Positions 26,045 to 37,442 of a stretch of DNA of 64,000 nucleotides are shown here, one piece after another. Numbering within the stretch: the stretch's first letter is position 1; each line of letters starts with the position of its first letter. Made by a program: the position numbers and the translations under genes. Where the stretch lies: contig JARDVH010000042.1 of the NCBI GenBank assembly GCA_030324005.1, positions 123,617,028-123,681,027 of the forward strand, given 5' to 3'. Source of the DNA: Negaprion brevirostris. Taxonomy: Eukaryota. The notes under the pieces were generated by a model, which saw nothing but the letters and a program-made list of their open reading frames with translations, made no database searches and was not told the origin of the DNA.

Positions 26045-27760
26045 TAAAAATTTATTCATGGAATGTGGGAATTGCTGGCTGAGCCAACATTTATTATGCA
26101 TCCCTAATTGCCCTTCAGAAGATGGTTGGGAACTACCTTCTTGAAACGTTACAGTCTGTGGTGCAGGTATACTTATAGTGCCACTGACAGTAGAGGAACA
26201 GTGATATATTCCAAGTCAGGATGGTTTGGAAGGGGACTGCATGTGGTAATGTTGCCATGTGCTTGCTGCCCTTGTCCTTCTAGAATGCAGAAGGTGGAGG
26301 TTGTGGGTTTGAAAAATACTTTCTAAGGTGCCTTGCTACACTGCATCTTGTGGATCATGCACATCGCTGCCACCATGTGTTGTTAGTGGTTGAAGAAGTG
26401 AATGTTTGTGGATGTGGTGCCAAATGAATGGTATTCCGTCGCATACCTGGCTTGTGCCATGTAGATAGTGGAAGTGAATAGGCTCTGGAGATTCAGGAGG
26501 TAAGTTACTCTCTGCAGGTTTCTTAGCATCTGACCATTTTTTTGTAGCCACATTATTTAGATGGCTAGTTTAGNNNNNNNNNNNNNNNNNNNNNNNNNNN
26601 NNNNNNNNNNNNNNNNNNNNNNNNNNNNNNNNNNNNNNNNNNNNNNNNNNNNNNNNNNNNNNNNNNNNNNNNNCTAGTTTAGCTTCTGGTCAATAGTAAC
26701 CATAATACCATAACTCCCAGAATGTTGTAAAAAGTCTCACAACACAGATTAAAGTCTAACAAGTTTATTTGGAATCACAAACTTGCGGAGTGTTTCTCCT
26801 TTCTCTCATGACTCACGTGAGGAAGGAGCAGCACTCCGAAAGCTCATGATTCCAAATAAACCTGTTGACTTAAATCTGAAATTGTGAGACTTCTTACTGT
26901 GCCCACCCCAGTCCAATGCCGGCATTGCCACACCCCAGGGTATTGTCAGTGGGGTATTCAGTGATGGCAACACCATTGAATGTCAAGGGGCATTGGTTAG
27001 ATTCTTTCTTGTTGGAGATGTTTACTACCTGATACTTGTGTGGAATAAATGTTACTTGCCACTTGTCAGCCGAAGCCTGGATATTGTCCAGGTCTTGCTG
27101 TACGTATCTGGACATGGACTGCTTCAGTATCTGAGGAGTCACAAATAGGGTTGAACATTGTGCAGTCATCACTTCTTACATTATAATGGAAGGAGTGATT
27201 GATGAAGCAGTTGAAGATGTTGGGCCTAGGATTCTACCCTGAGGAACTCATGTAGTGATGTCCTGGAACTGAGATAATCGACCTTCAACTGCAACCATCA
27301 TCCTTTGTGCTGGCTATGATTCCAACCAGTGGAGAGGTTTCCCATAGATTCCCACTAACTTCAGTTTTGCTAGGGTTCTTTGTCCTAATGAGTCAAATGT
27401 GACCTTGACGTCAAGGGCTGTCACTCTTCCCTCACCTCTAGCATTCAGTTCTCTTGTCCTTGTTTGAACCAAGGCTGCAATGAGGTCATGAGCTGAATGG
27501 TCCTGGCAAAACCCAAACTGAGCATCAGTTGACAGGTCATTGCTAAGCAACCCCTTCCATCACTTTACTGATGATCAAGTATAGACTGATGGGGCCAAGT
27601 TGGGTTTGTCTTGCTTTTCGTGCTTCAGATTATGCCAGGCAATTTTCCACATTGCTGGGTAGATGCCAGTGCTATTGCTGAAATATTGTCAGAACCCATA
27701 GCCTTTGCTGTATCCAGTACCTTCATCCGCTTCTTGACATAATGTGGAATGATTCCAATT
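26045..27760 (-). mobile_element. CR1-clade LINE family 2, RT plus 3' end, internally deleted
   Basis: ORFs DAQFGFCQDHSAHDLIAALVQ...VTALDVKVTFD and QQDLDNIQASADKWQVTF; 3' tail at 26050-26130. Confidence 0.88.
26731..26932. mobile_element. Palindromic Penelope-like terminus (family A) with hammerhead-like core
   Basis: Arms about 26731-26805 and 26812-26893 are reverse complements; + strand tcac-gTGAGGA-aggagcagcactcc-GAAAGCTC-atga; flanked by degenerate duplication cccagaatgttg / cccagggtattg. Confidence 0.75.
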
Positions 27761-27902
27761 GGTTATTTAATCTCCATGTGCAGGAACAAAGGTTTTAATC
27801 TGACATAAGACACAAGATAACTCATCATCCAGTCCTGCAGGTATACTCCCCCGCCTCAGTAATGTCAGTGTATTTTCACCAGTCCTCCTCCATGTTGAAG
27901 AA

Positions 27903-28050
27903 GGTAATCTGTTTTTATGGTGTTGATAAGGGACACATTGACCAAGATACCAGGGATCCCTGCTCTTCTTTGAAAAAAAACTTTGTGAAGATGTGGTCTT
28001 CCCACCAGTCCAGCATTCCCTCAGTATTGTAGTGGTGTGTCAGTCTGTGT
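27903..28050 (-). mobile_element. Deu-SINE, right part of the split copy
   Basis: ggtaatctgtttttatggtgttgataaggg...ccctgctcttctttgaaa...cagcattccctcagtattgtagtggtgtgtcag follows the Deu-domain order. Confidence 0.6.
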
Positions 28051-29653
28051 TACCAACTGGACCACCACCAACACATCTGATCTGATGTAGAAATTTTTCA
28101 CTATTTAACTACAAAGAGGATTCTTTTTTCAATTCCTCATTTCACCGCCACCCATTTTGTGTTTGTTGTTGCCTATTAACCCAACACAACAATATGCAGG
28201 ATGGGATAGTGGAAGCCCTCAATGGAAAAGGGTCCAATGACATGAATGGGCTTTTCACTGAAGTGACCAGTGTTATATTTTATAAGCTGGCTGCCCAATA
28301 ACAGTTGTAATCTAATTAAAACATTTATGTATTTGAATATATAACTATTGTATTGTGCATTCATTAAACCAGACCATAGACTGGTCTTGGAGCCTGACTG
28401 CTTGAGTTGTGCTAATTCCTTATATTTTTAATTGTCACTGATGAGATGTAGGTAATGTTCTCCATGCTATTTTCTTCCTCTGCTTTGTCTCAAATTAAAT
28501 GTGCCTTAAATTAAATCATGTTTGTATGAACTTTTAGTTTTTCTGTAATTGAGTGATGAGATGCTAAATTCTCAATCCCACGTTTCTAAATTATGCTGCT
28601 GCAGACTTGTTCGCAATTTGTTGATTGTAGACCTGCATTTTCTTGAAAAGAGGAATTTCACTCTCTCATGGGGCATACTTGAATGAATTTGCCATTATTT
28701 TAGTTTGCTAATCTATTATCGTTCTTTGTTATTATTAAGAACACGTGGCAGTTTATCCCTCTGATTGTATGTTGCCTTCAATTCCCTATAAAATTGTTTC
28801 AACAGGAAAATAAAACTCTAAACTGAGTAGTAAAGGTTTCATGTCCTGATTACCAAACTTTCCATGCATTGAAGTAGTTGTTGTCTCTTAAATATTCTGC
28901 TATTGTGCATTATATATAGTATAAGTTGAACACTGAAGTCTCAAAATGCCACCAAAAACAGGGGTCATGGTGTACGTACGCTTAGTACAAAAGTGAACCA
29001 CCAGCATGTATATTTACCATTTTGAAATGTCATCAGCATAAAATGCAAAGAGTGGGTTTGTCTTAAGTTCCTGTGCATCTTCACAACATAGCCCACATTG
29101 CCTGCTTGATCCCTTGTGCCCAGTTATAAGGCAGTGATGAATGAAATGTGAGGGGCTAGTAGCTAATGCACGAATAGAATGTTGTAACTGGATAGGAAGT
29201 TGACTTGTATGCTGAGCATATGCAGAAGCATGATTCTTGAGGCTGGATAAATGGCTTGTCTTATACACTGGGTTGACTTATACACTGCAATTTATAATGT
29301 TCTAAGTTATAAGCATGAGTTTTGAAAATACACTGCAGTAAAACATTACAATACAGTCAAGGAATAACTATTTTTATATTCATTGCTCCTGGCAATTTTG
29401 ACAGTGTAAATTAAGTAAAGCATGCTTTTGGTATTTGCCTTAAGAAATCTAAGTGTTTACATCTAGAAAAGTCATTCCTCATAGTTCACACATGTTTAGA
29501 TATGGCAGTTTGAGGAATTTAACAGTCATACATGATATGATGGGCAGTCAACTGTGAGATGTAAAAGTTTATGGATCAGAGTCGTATTTATGACTTGAAC
29601 AGTACATGTTTATATGAATGTTTCTAATCCAGTCCTAATTCTGGAACTTGAAG

Positions 29654-29842
29654 GAATCATACTGGGAACGCATTTGCCGAAATAAGGATGAAACTATACA
29701 CCATCTGCAACAAAGCCAAGAGGCTGCCTTCACTAAACTAACTGAACAGATGAAGGAGAGAGAGGCTAGCTGGAAAAAACAGAAAATAGACTTGGAGGAA
29801 CATTACTCTGGACTCCTTGGGGAGGTTCATTCAAGGGCACAG
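29654..29842 (+). CDS. CCDC171: CCDC171 coding exon (window exon 4), ESYWERICRNKDETIHHLQQSQEAAFTKLTEQMKEREASWKKQKIDLEEHYSGLLGEVHSRAQ
   Basis: Donor CAG|gtaata; weak acceptor ttgaag chosen because it gives 189 nt and aligns without gaps to recalled human IRHLEYICKNK...EVQKRAQ. Confidence 0.88.
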
Positions 29843-29993
29843 GTAATATCAATGTAACTGAATTGACTGACTGTAGGGCTGCATAGCAGCTGCCTAAGGT
29901 GTGCTCAGTTTGTTTCTGACAAGTACACTTATGTGTTTACGGACAGAGTCAAAATTGATGGAGAACTCCACACTTATCCAATTTGTCCTATGT

Positions 29994-30117
29994 CAGCAGG
30001 CCCAGCAGCATCTGTGGAGAGAAAAGAAACGGGTAACGTTTCATTAACTGATGAAAGGTCACTGACCTGAAACATTAACTCTGTTTCTCTCTCCACAGAT
30101 GCTGCCAGACCTGCTGT
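29994..30117. mobile_element. Palindromic Penelope-like terminus (family B) with hammerhead core
   Basis: Arms cagcagg...gcagcatctgtggagaga...aacgtttca / tgaaacattaac...tctctccacagatgctgc...cctgctg; CTGATGA 30048-30054, stem AGGTC/GACCT, GAAA 30069-30072. Confidence 0.75.
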
Positions 30118-30277
30118 ATATTTCCATTATTTTCCTTTCTTGCTTTCTATATTGACTCTAAACTAGATTAGGGACAGTGATTATCAGGATTTATAATGGC
30201 TCATACAGTTCTTCCAACTCCAGTTGAAAAGTAGTTCAGCACTATAAGCAATAGTAGCATAGTGGCTATGTTACTGG

Positions 30278-30430
30278 ACAAATAGTCGTTTGGTAGTACA
30301 GAACCTGAGCATTGCTGCACATTGTAGAAGCTTTTCATCTTCTGTTCACCAGGACAAATGCAAGAATTGTTCTGATGAGTGCAAGACAAAAGGCTTCAGC
30401 AATATGTGTCCTTTTATCAGTGTTACTAGA
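30278..30430. mobile_element. Palindromic hammerhead-bearing element (family C)
   Basis: Left arm gaagcttttcatcttctgttcaccaggacaa versus right arm ttgttCTGATGAgtgcaagacaaaaggcttc; homologous to 40325-40685 and 45505-45600. Confidence 0.7.
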
Positions 30431-30504
30431 CAAGTAAACTAGAGGTCTGTACCCAGAGTGAACACCTTCAATGCATGATCAAATATACATTCAGGTGAGG
30501 CAGT

Positions 30505-31080
30505 CAAGTAGGCATTTAAAAACCTCATTGGTTAACTAATGTCTTTCAGGAAACAAAACCTACTGTCCTTACCCAGTCTGGCCTTAATGGAAATCCAGTC
30601 CCACATCAATATTGATTCTTGCCTTCCCGCTGACAGTGTTCCATTTGAACCTTATCAAGAAGGTGGGGTAGCATGATGACAGTGGTTAGCATTGCTGCCT
30701 CACAGCGCCAGAGACCTGGGTTTGATTCCCAGCTTGGGTCACTGTTTGTGTGGAGTTTGCACATTCTCCTTGGCACTGCGTGGATTTCCTTCAGGTGGTT
30801 TGGTTTCCTTCTGCAGTCCAAAGATGTGAAGGTTGATTGGCCATGCTAAATTGCCACTTAATGTCAGGGAGGGTCTAGCAGGGTAAATATGTGGGGATAC
30901 AGGGATAGGGGCAGGTGGGATTGTGATTGGTGCAGACTCAATGGGCCAAATGGCCTCTTTCTGCACTGTATGGATTCTACGAATCTAAGGTCTACCACTC
31001 CCTTCTTTGGGCAACTTGGGATAAGCAATAACTGTGACCTTGCCAGCAACTCATAATTTAAAAACAATTTAATAAAAAAT
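30505..31080 (+). mobile_element. tRNA-SINE (44781 family) 3' part, interrupted by HE1
   Basis: ggttaactaatgtctttcaggaaac...ttacccagtctggcc before the HE1 copy and gggcaacttgggataagcaataactgtgaccttgccagc after it. Confidence 0.6.
30666..30987 (+). mobile_element. HE1-type V-SINE, full length
   Basis: A/B boxes, V-domain and tail ...aatggcctctttctgcactgtatggattctacga. Confidence 0.9.
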
Positions 31081-32778
31081 CATAGGCGTTGAAAATCTCA
31101 GCTGATGTACAGATGATTAAGCCACCCCTTGGCATAGTAATTAGCACTTCACAGGATTGTACAAGGATCTTGGCACTGATTAGTATTCCACTCCTAATCT
31201 ACACTGACTTTGTTGAATAACGTAAAGTACCAGCATCAATTGAGAAATGCTTTCACCCACACAGTTCATGCCAAACCAGATGTAAGTCATCAATCAAGGA
31301 ATCCAATATCAGATTTTGAGGGGTTTTTTTTGATGTTATATTCTCCACTCGTGCAATACAACGATGGCTTCTAACACACAAACGCTGACGGCAAAAGTAA
31401 TGGTGCCAGTAGGTATACTGGTTCCAGTGGATCCCAGTGCTATATTACACTGTCAAACAGTGCTGTACAACTTTCTCATAAATACAGGAGCCTAAATTGA
31501 GAGATGAAAATGAGAAAAATATTACTGTTGCTCAACATGCCTCCACACAACAATCCTGCACATTCCCTTTGACAATAATATCTGTTCATACTTACATTCC
31601 TGACTAACAGGAATTCCAACCTGAGCCTGGTGGAATTATACAATATATTCTTGGATTTTTGCTTTCATCCACTGCAAGTACTGAAAGAGGGAATTGGGAC
31701 AATTTTTCCACTATTCTCAGCTAGGTTTTGTGATTTAATCAGATTTCTTTGACAGCCTATCATATAGATTTTTCCATATAAAAGATAAATATAGGAAATC
31801 CCATGATAGGCAGTAATATAGTAAAGTGTAGAAATAAAAAGTCCTGCTAGTCACCTCCACAGCAACCCAGTAGTGCCTCATCCAAAGAGGTACCTTTGGA
31901 TTATATGTGATGGAGTATGGTGCATTACCATGATATAGTGATATGCACAGCAAGGGACACTGAGGAAGCTATGTGCTTTAGTTTACAGATAATTTCCTCA
32001 AAGCCAAGCTCCGTATTGGTCACTTCCATTATCCCTTCCACTATGATTATAAGTATGATTTTTTTTTGGGAAGAGGTATTGAAGTAATCCCAAGGTAACC
32101 TTGCATTGGAGATTCAGAATCTAAAGCGATCCTTTATGAATGGCCTTAGATTCCAATAACTGAACCAAGCTGATTTGCATTATTTAAGGACATTGTTGAC
32201 AATTCATTAGCATGATCGAACCCAGATGGGTAAATTTTTCACTTGAGAATGAGCTTTTTCCCATTTTAACAACACGATAGCTCCACTGTGCAATAATCTA
32301 ATAAATGTGCTCTTAGCCAAACAAGCAATTGGAAGTTTAACAAAACCTTATTGATAAGCTACATGATTTTTGGTGAGCTCAAGTCCAGAAGTACGTCTGC
32401 ATTCATTTCAAAGACCCCTAATACTCAGCTCTCAGGACTTGTGTAAATGGAGAGAGAGTTTTAAGTCTTTACCTGGAGTTTTTTTTGTTTGTTTGGTATA
32501 GATTTCTCAGTACTTTTGCTCAGAATCTTCAGGTTGGCATGCCAGATATTTAAATACCCAAAAGAAAATCCATTATTGGGATGATACAAGATTGTGGCCA
32601 TTATTTTGTGACACAGTAAATTCTTGACTTTCTCACCCATGCCATTTTGGTAACATCTTAAACAGGACAGAATGTTCCTTTCAAGGAGGGTGTGAACCAG
32701 TCCTGCTTTCCAATTTGTCAGAGACTTGTTGACAGCACTCTTGAAAGCACAAAACTCAGAATCTAAAACAGACAGAAA

Positions 32779-32908
32779 TGATTTGATTTATTATTGTCAC
32801 ATATATTAGTGTACAGTGAAAAGTATTGTTTCTTAAGTGCTATACAGACGAAGCATACCATTCATTGCGAAGGAAAGGAGATGGTGCAGAATGTAGTGTT
32901 ACAGTCAT
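32779..32908 (-). mobile_element. Rex1/Babar-like LINE 3' UTR fragment
   Basis: gatttgatttattattgtcacatatattagtgtacagtgaaaagtattgtttctt...gcagaatgtagtgttacagtcat, near-identical to 24851. Confidence 0.7.
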
Positions 32909-33321
32909 TGTGAAGTGATATCTACTTGTCTAATAAGCATTACTGCTGTTTCTGCTGAGAAATTGCAGAGGCAATCTTACTACTGGACCACAACTTAAAC
33001 TCTCTTCACTCACAAGCAGTGCATAATGCACAAATCTAAAAGCATGTGTCCTGACCAATCTGCCTCACATCTGCTTTCGGAGCGTTAACAAGCTGTTTCA
33101 CCTATTCCAAGAATGTGAAAAAGAATTGCCAGTATTTGTGCTTCCACGATCAGTGTGCTGCCAATGGCCCAGGAAAAGATGGTTTCCAGTTTGCCATTGT
33201 CTATATCAAAACTTTCAGAATGCAATGAGTTTTAGCTATTGTTTTTAGAATTGGATGTTTCCAATACTTCAAACAGTTTCTGTAAAGTTCCAAGAACAAC
33301 TGTTGCCTATTTGCCTCATTT

Positions 33322-33497
33322 CACAACAGTCCAAAAATGTGCAGGTTAGGTGGATCGGCCATGCTAAAATGCCCTTTGTTTCAAGGGGACGAGCTAGGAT
33401 AAATGCATGGGGTTATGGGGATTGGGCCTGGGTGGGATTGTGATCAGTACAGACTCAATGGGCTGAATGGACTCCTTCTGCACTATAGGATTCAATG
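33322..33497 (+). mobile_element. HE1-type V-SINE 3' half
   Basis: cagtccaaaaatgtgcaggttaggtggatcggccatgctaaa...ctgcactataggattc. Confidence 0.85.
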
Positions 33498-34051
33498 ATA
33501 ACTTCTATCAGACATGACAGTGATTTCCCACCATGTTCCCCTGTCCACCTTGCAAAATACCACACTNNNNNNNNNNNNNNNNNNNNNNNNNNNNNNNNNN
33601 NNNNNNNNNNNNNNNNNNATTTGATTTATTTATTATTGTCACATGTATTAGTATATGATGACTTTGTTCAGATGCAAAAAAGCATGTAACCAGGAGTGCA
33701 GCATTTGACTTCAACAATACTTAACCTCAAAATTAAAATATCAAAGAATCCAAAAGCTTAGCAGAATTATTTTAACTGAGCCACTGTGTGGGCAGTCTAT
33801 TCCATCGAACCCTTCCCATTGTTAGCAAGTGGAAATGTAAAGGCTAATGGAAAACTAACAATACAGGAAAAACCAACAACTATTATATAATTTTTCTGGA
33901 TGTCAAGGTCAAAATATTATTTTCCCTTTGGACAGGACATCACGTTTTTAGTCTGCATTATCTTTCAAGTAGATAGGCTGTGAACAACCATTTCCTGGTT
34001 ATTTGGGTGTTTTTGTTTGCTTTTGACATCTATAAGCTTATGTCAACCAGC

Positions 34052-34213
34052 TAAATACTGTAGATGCTGGAATCCGAAACAAGATCAGAGGATGCTGGAA
34101 AAACTCAGCAGGTCTGCCAGCATCGACTAAGAGAAACAGAATCAATGCCCCAAGAACCTTGACTCTCTCCTATTCAATGTTGGAAGACCTGCTGAGTTTT
34201 TCCAGCATGCTCT
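34052..34213. mobile_element. Palindromic Penelope-like terminus (family B), hammerhead centre lost
   Basis: Perfect 24-bp inverted repeat ATGCTGGAAAAACTCAGCAGGTCT (34092-34115) / AGACCTGCTGAGTTTTTCCAGCAT (34185-34208). Confidence 0.7.
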
Positions 34214-34657
34214 CATCTTGTGCATCATCCATTTGGCTCTGATATGAATGTTCAAGCTCTCGGGCTCGAATAGCTCGTATTCCTATTCAGAGATGATAAT
34301 CAGGAGGTGTTCTTGGTCCCCACAAAGATGAAGGAACTCTTGAGAATACAACTGACTTACTCATTTTGTTAACTTTTTAAAGAAACAAGTAAAAGTGCAG
34401 ATATTTCAGTGTTGGAAGCTTCTCATCGTAATTAAAAGNNNNNNNNNNNNNNNNNNNNNNNNNNNNNNNNNNNNNNNNNNNNNNNNNNNNNNNNNNNNNN
34501 NNNNNNNNNNNNNNNNNNNNNNNNNNNNNNNNNNNNNNTTAAAAGTCTAGCTAGAAGCTGCTTTGTTACTCCCATAAATTCATAATGAAAAGAATTAATG
34601 AATTATTTAAAACAGAATTAAGAATTACAACCGGCTGAATTCCATAATTTTTCACAG

Positions 34658-35153
34658 ACATGCCATCTTGGAGCAGAAGAAGCCAAAGAAAAATTATCCA
34701 GTCTGGCAAAAGTCAAGGACAAGGTGACCCTTGAACTGTCTCTTACGAAGAAACTATTGTCTCAGAAACAGAAGGAGCATGTTGCTTTGCTGGCAGCTTG
34801 TGCTCTGATGGCAGGTGCATTATATCCATTATACAGTAAATCCTGTGAACTGTCTATGCAGAAGGACTTCCTTCAAGAGCAAATACATACCTGTGAATTT
34901 TTCAAAAATGAAATCAGGACTGTCGTCCAGGTACTTTCTCTGGAAAGTGACCCGAGCAAATTGAAGAAAAAAAAGTCTCAAAAAGGACTGATTCAGATAT
35001 TCCGAAAAAGCGTTATTGTAATTATAGCGGCCAATAGACTTCGAGCATTCGGCTTAGGATGTAAACCCCTATTTACCTGGACAGAGGGCTTTAAGAACAA
35101 ACCAAGACTTGCAATTTGCACTGGCAAAGTGAAATCCTACATCACTCATTCAG
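34658..35153 (+). CDS. CCDC171: CCDC171 coding exon (window exon 5), TCHLGAEEAKEKL...LLAACALMAGALYPLYS...IFRKSVIVIIAANRL...YITHS
   Basis: Acceptor ataatttttcacag, donor CAG|gtaagt, 496 nt, phase 0-1; motif LLAACALMAGALYPLYS matches recalled human CCDC171. Confidence 0.96.
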
Positions 35154-35660
35154 GTAAGTACTAGCCTGGCTGTCATTTTTGGATTGAAATTTATCGCAAA
35201 ATGTTTTAGCTGCACATCTTTCATTTTCAAGTTTCCTTTTGATCCTTGACTTGTATTGTGTTCTCAAATCAGGAAGTTAATAGAAATGTGACCATCAATA
35301 TTTGGAATGTCACCCCTCGTGAATCCAGAAAATCAGTATGTCACATCAGGATCAACTGGATACTGAAAAACTTTCTCCCCCATTGGGAAGTCCAATCCTT
35401 AGTTAATTATCTATTCAGTCAGTAGACTTTGGCCACTGCTGGTAATCTTGTTGACCTGGCTAGGTACTATCAAGTGACAACCTGACATTTGACAAGAAAT
35501 CCCTCAGTTCAATATCAGTGTTCACTGTTACCAGTTGGTGCCACCCTCTTCTCAAGTCTGACCTTGAAATGTGTTAAGTCATCATTAGAATTTATTTATT
35601 CTTTAATATCAGTTGGTGAACATTAAGATCTGTATCGTTGGCTTGTTCTTTAAAGATTGA

Positions 35661-36281
35661 AGCTGGGATTCTCCAAAAAAACTAAGTGCCCGATGGCTGG
35701 GAAAACAGGAGAATTTCCCACCTGTTTTTGGGCTTACTTAGCCGAATAAATCTCTGATACTGTGCACCACACAGTTCCTCATGCTGGGAAGTGGGAAAGG
35801 GAGAAGAGCCTCATCTGACTGGAGAGGCCAGCACATACGCTGATCTGTCAGTGGGGAGATTGGTGCACGTGCATTGCCCCCACACCCTCCTCTCCCCCCA
35901 GTCACTGGCTCCCTGATTTCTTTTGCAGGCTCCACCAATTTTTCCCCCCTCTTCGCCGGCTGCTCCTCTGGCCAGCCCAGAATGCCCGTTCCCTTTTTCT
36001 CTCATTGCAGAGTGTGCAATGGATTGCTGTTTCCCCCTCCCCTCACCCTTCCCTGAGTAGGGCTAGTGCCCCTGTGACACTGTCCAGTGACAGGATGCCC
36101 AATGGACAGTGCCAAGATGCCAGACTGGCACTGTCCAAGGGCACAACCCCAAGGTTGATTATATCAGAAAAAAGAACCTTCGAGACTTATGATTGGTCAG
36201 ATGCTGGTCACGAGTCCCGCTAATGTCCCCCGGCTTGCTGCATTATTCGAGCAGTGCAGTGGGCTGGGAGAATCCTGGCCT
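35661..36281. mobile_element. Candidate non-autonomous DNA transposon / MITE (PIF-Harbinger-like ends)
   Basis: Terminal inverted repeats gctgggattctcc (35662) / ggagaatcctggc (ending about 36279) around a GC-richer interior; TSD unclear. Confidence 0.5.
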
Positions 36282-37324
36282 GTATGTACACATGTGCCGG
36301 TTCTGTTTCATGTTGTACTATCTTCAAATTTTAATTTCTAATCTCACCCCCACCACCCCTCCCCACCCCAATCTGAGAATGAGGTGTGTGGTGCTACTGT
36401 CCCATGGGTGCCACTAACTTTAAAATTGCCTTTTTGATTTTTTTTCAATACATCAGCCAAAACGCTAAGTTTTGGCGATCTGTTTGATTGCAGAGTTTAT
36501 TGCAGCCAAGCATGATTCAGTCCTGGTCTGACATACATCTTTCCAGGAAGGGTCACTGGATAGTAATTGGAATTGGAAATGTGGCCAACTTCTCTCCTCC
36601 ATTGCCTAAGGACAATTGTAACATGAGTGGAGATCTAACTGGCATGAGAAGCATTTCTCAAAGGACTCTTGATTACTGTAAGGAATAGTCTGCAGTTTTG
36701 GTCAATGCATAGAATAGTTGGTTTCCCTTCATTCTTTATGGTAGTGGTTCCTCTACAGTACTTATGACTGTCGAATTTTGCCTCATTCCTCCTGATTGAG
36801 GTTTGTTTATGCAGCACTGGAGATTGTTGAATGTTGCACACCATTGATTTCTTTAAAACTCTCTTTGGATCTCAATGGATCAGCTTCCATTTTGTTTGGT
36901 GGCTGTCTCAGTTCCCAAAGGTCATTGGCTGAGGAATCCACAGCTGTTTGCTGGCTTCTCATGGAAGGAATTCATGACTCGTTTTGTCTCGACCATCAAT
37001 ATTGTAAGGAATTTACAGGATGAATTTAAATGCCTGTTCATTTATGTGGTGCAGTTGTTCACCATGGAAAAACTTGAGAATTGATCAATTTCATTCTCCC
37101 TTGAGGGCTTAAGATGATTTCAAATAATGGAACATAGAAGAAGATTCTTCATTTCGAGTTAATCCATGTCCCTCCTGAAGAGGCAGATAGTGGAAAAATG
37201 TTCTACTGTTAGAATGTTTCAACTGTGGTGCGCTCTGCTTCAAGTGATTGTGTGGGAAGCTCATCCAAGCTTTTTCCTTATGAACCGACAAAGGTATGTT
37301 CAATTTCTCTCGGAACATACGCTT

Positions 37325-37404
37325 TCGCCAGTACGGGGATTGAACCTGCAACCTTGGCATTGTTAGCACTGTTAGTGCTTTAATGACGTAAACTAACCAG
37401 CTGA
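37325..37404 (-). pseudogene. tRNA-Ile(AAT)-derived pseudogene or SINE head
   Basis: Reverse strand tcagctggttag[insert]gtgctaacaatgccaaggttgcaggttcaatccccgtactggcga versus vertebrate tRNA-Ile ...TCAGTTGGTTAGAGCGTGGTGCTAATAACGCCAAGGTCGCGGGTTCGATCCCCGTACTGGCCA; CpG decay; acceptor 5' strand missing. Confidence 0.75.
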
Positions 37405-37442
37405 TGGAAAAGCTGGCACCTTTCTGTTCAAAGATACTTACT

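Noticed and set aside
33083-33095. gctttcggagcg, matching part of the family A hammerhead in reverse
   Set aside because: Only about 12 nt with no flanking homology; compatible with chance
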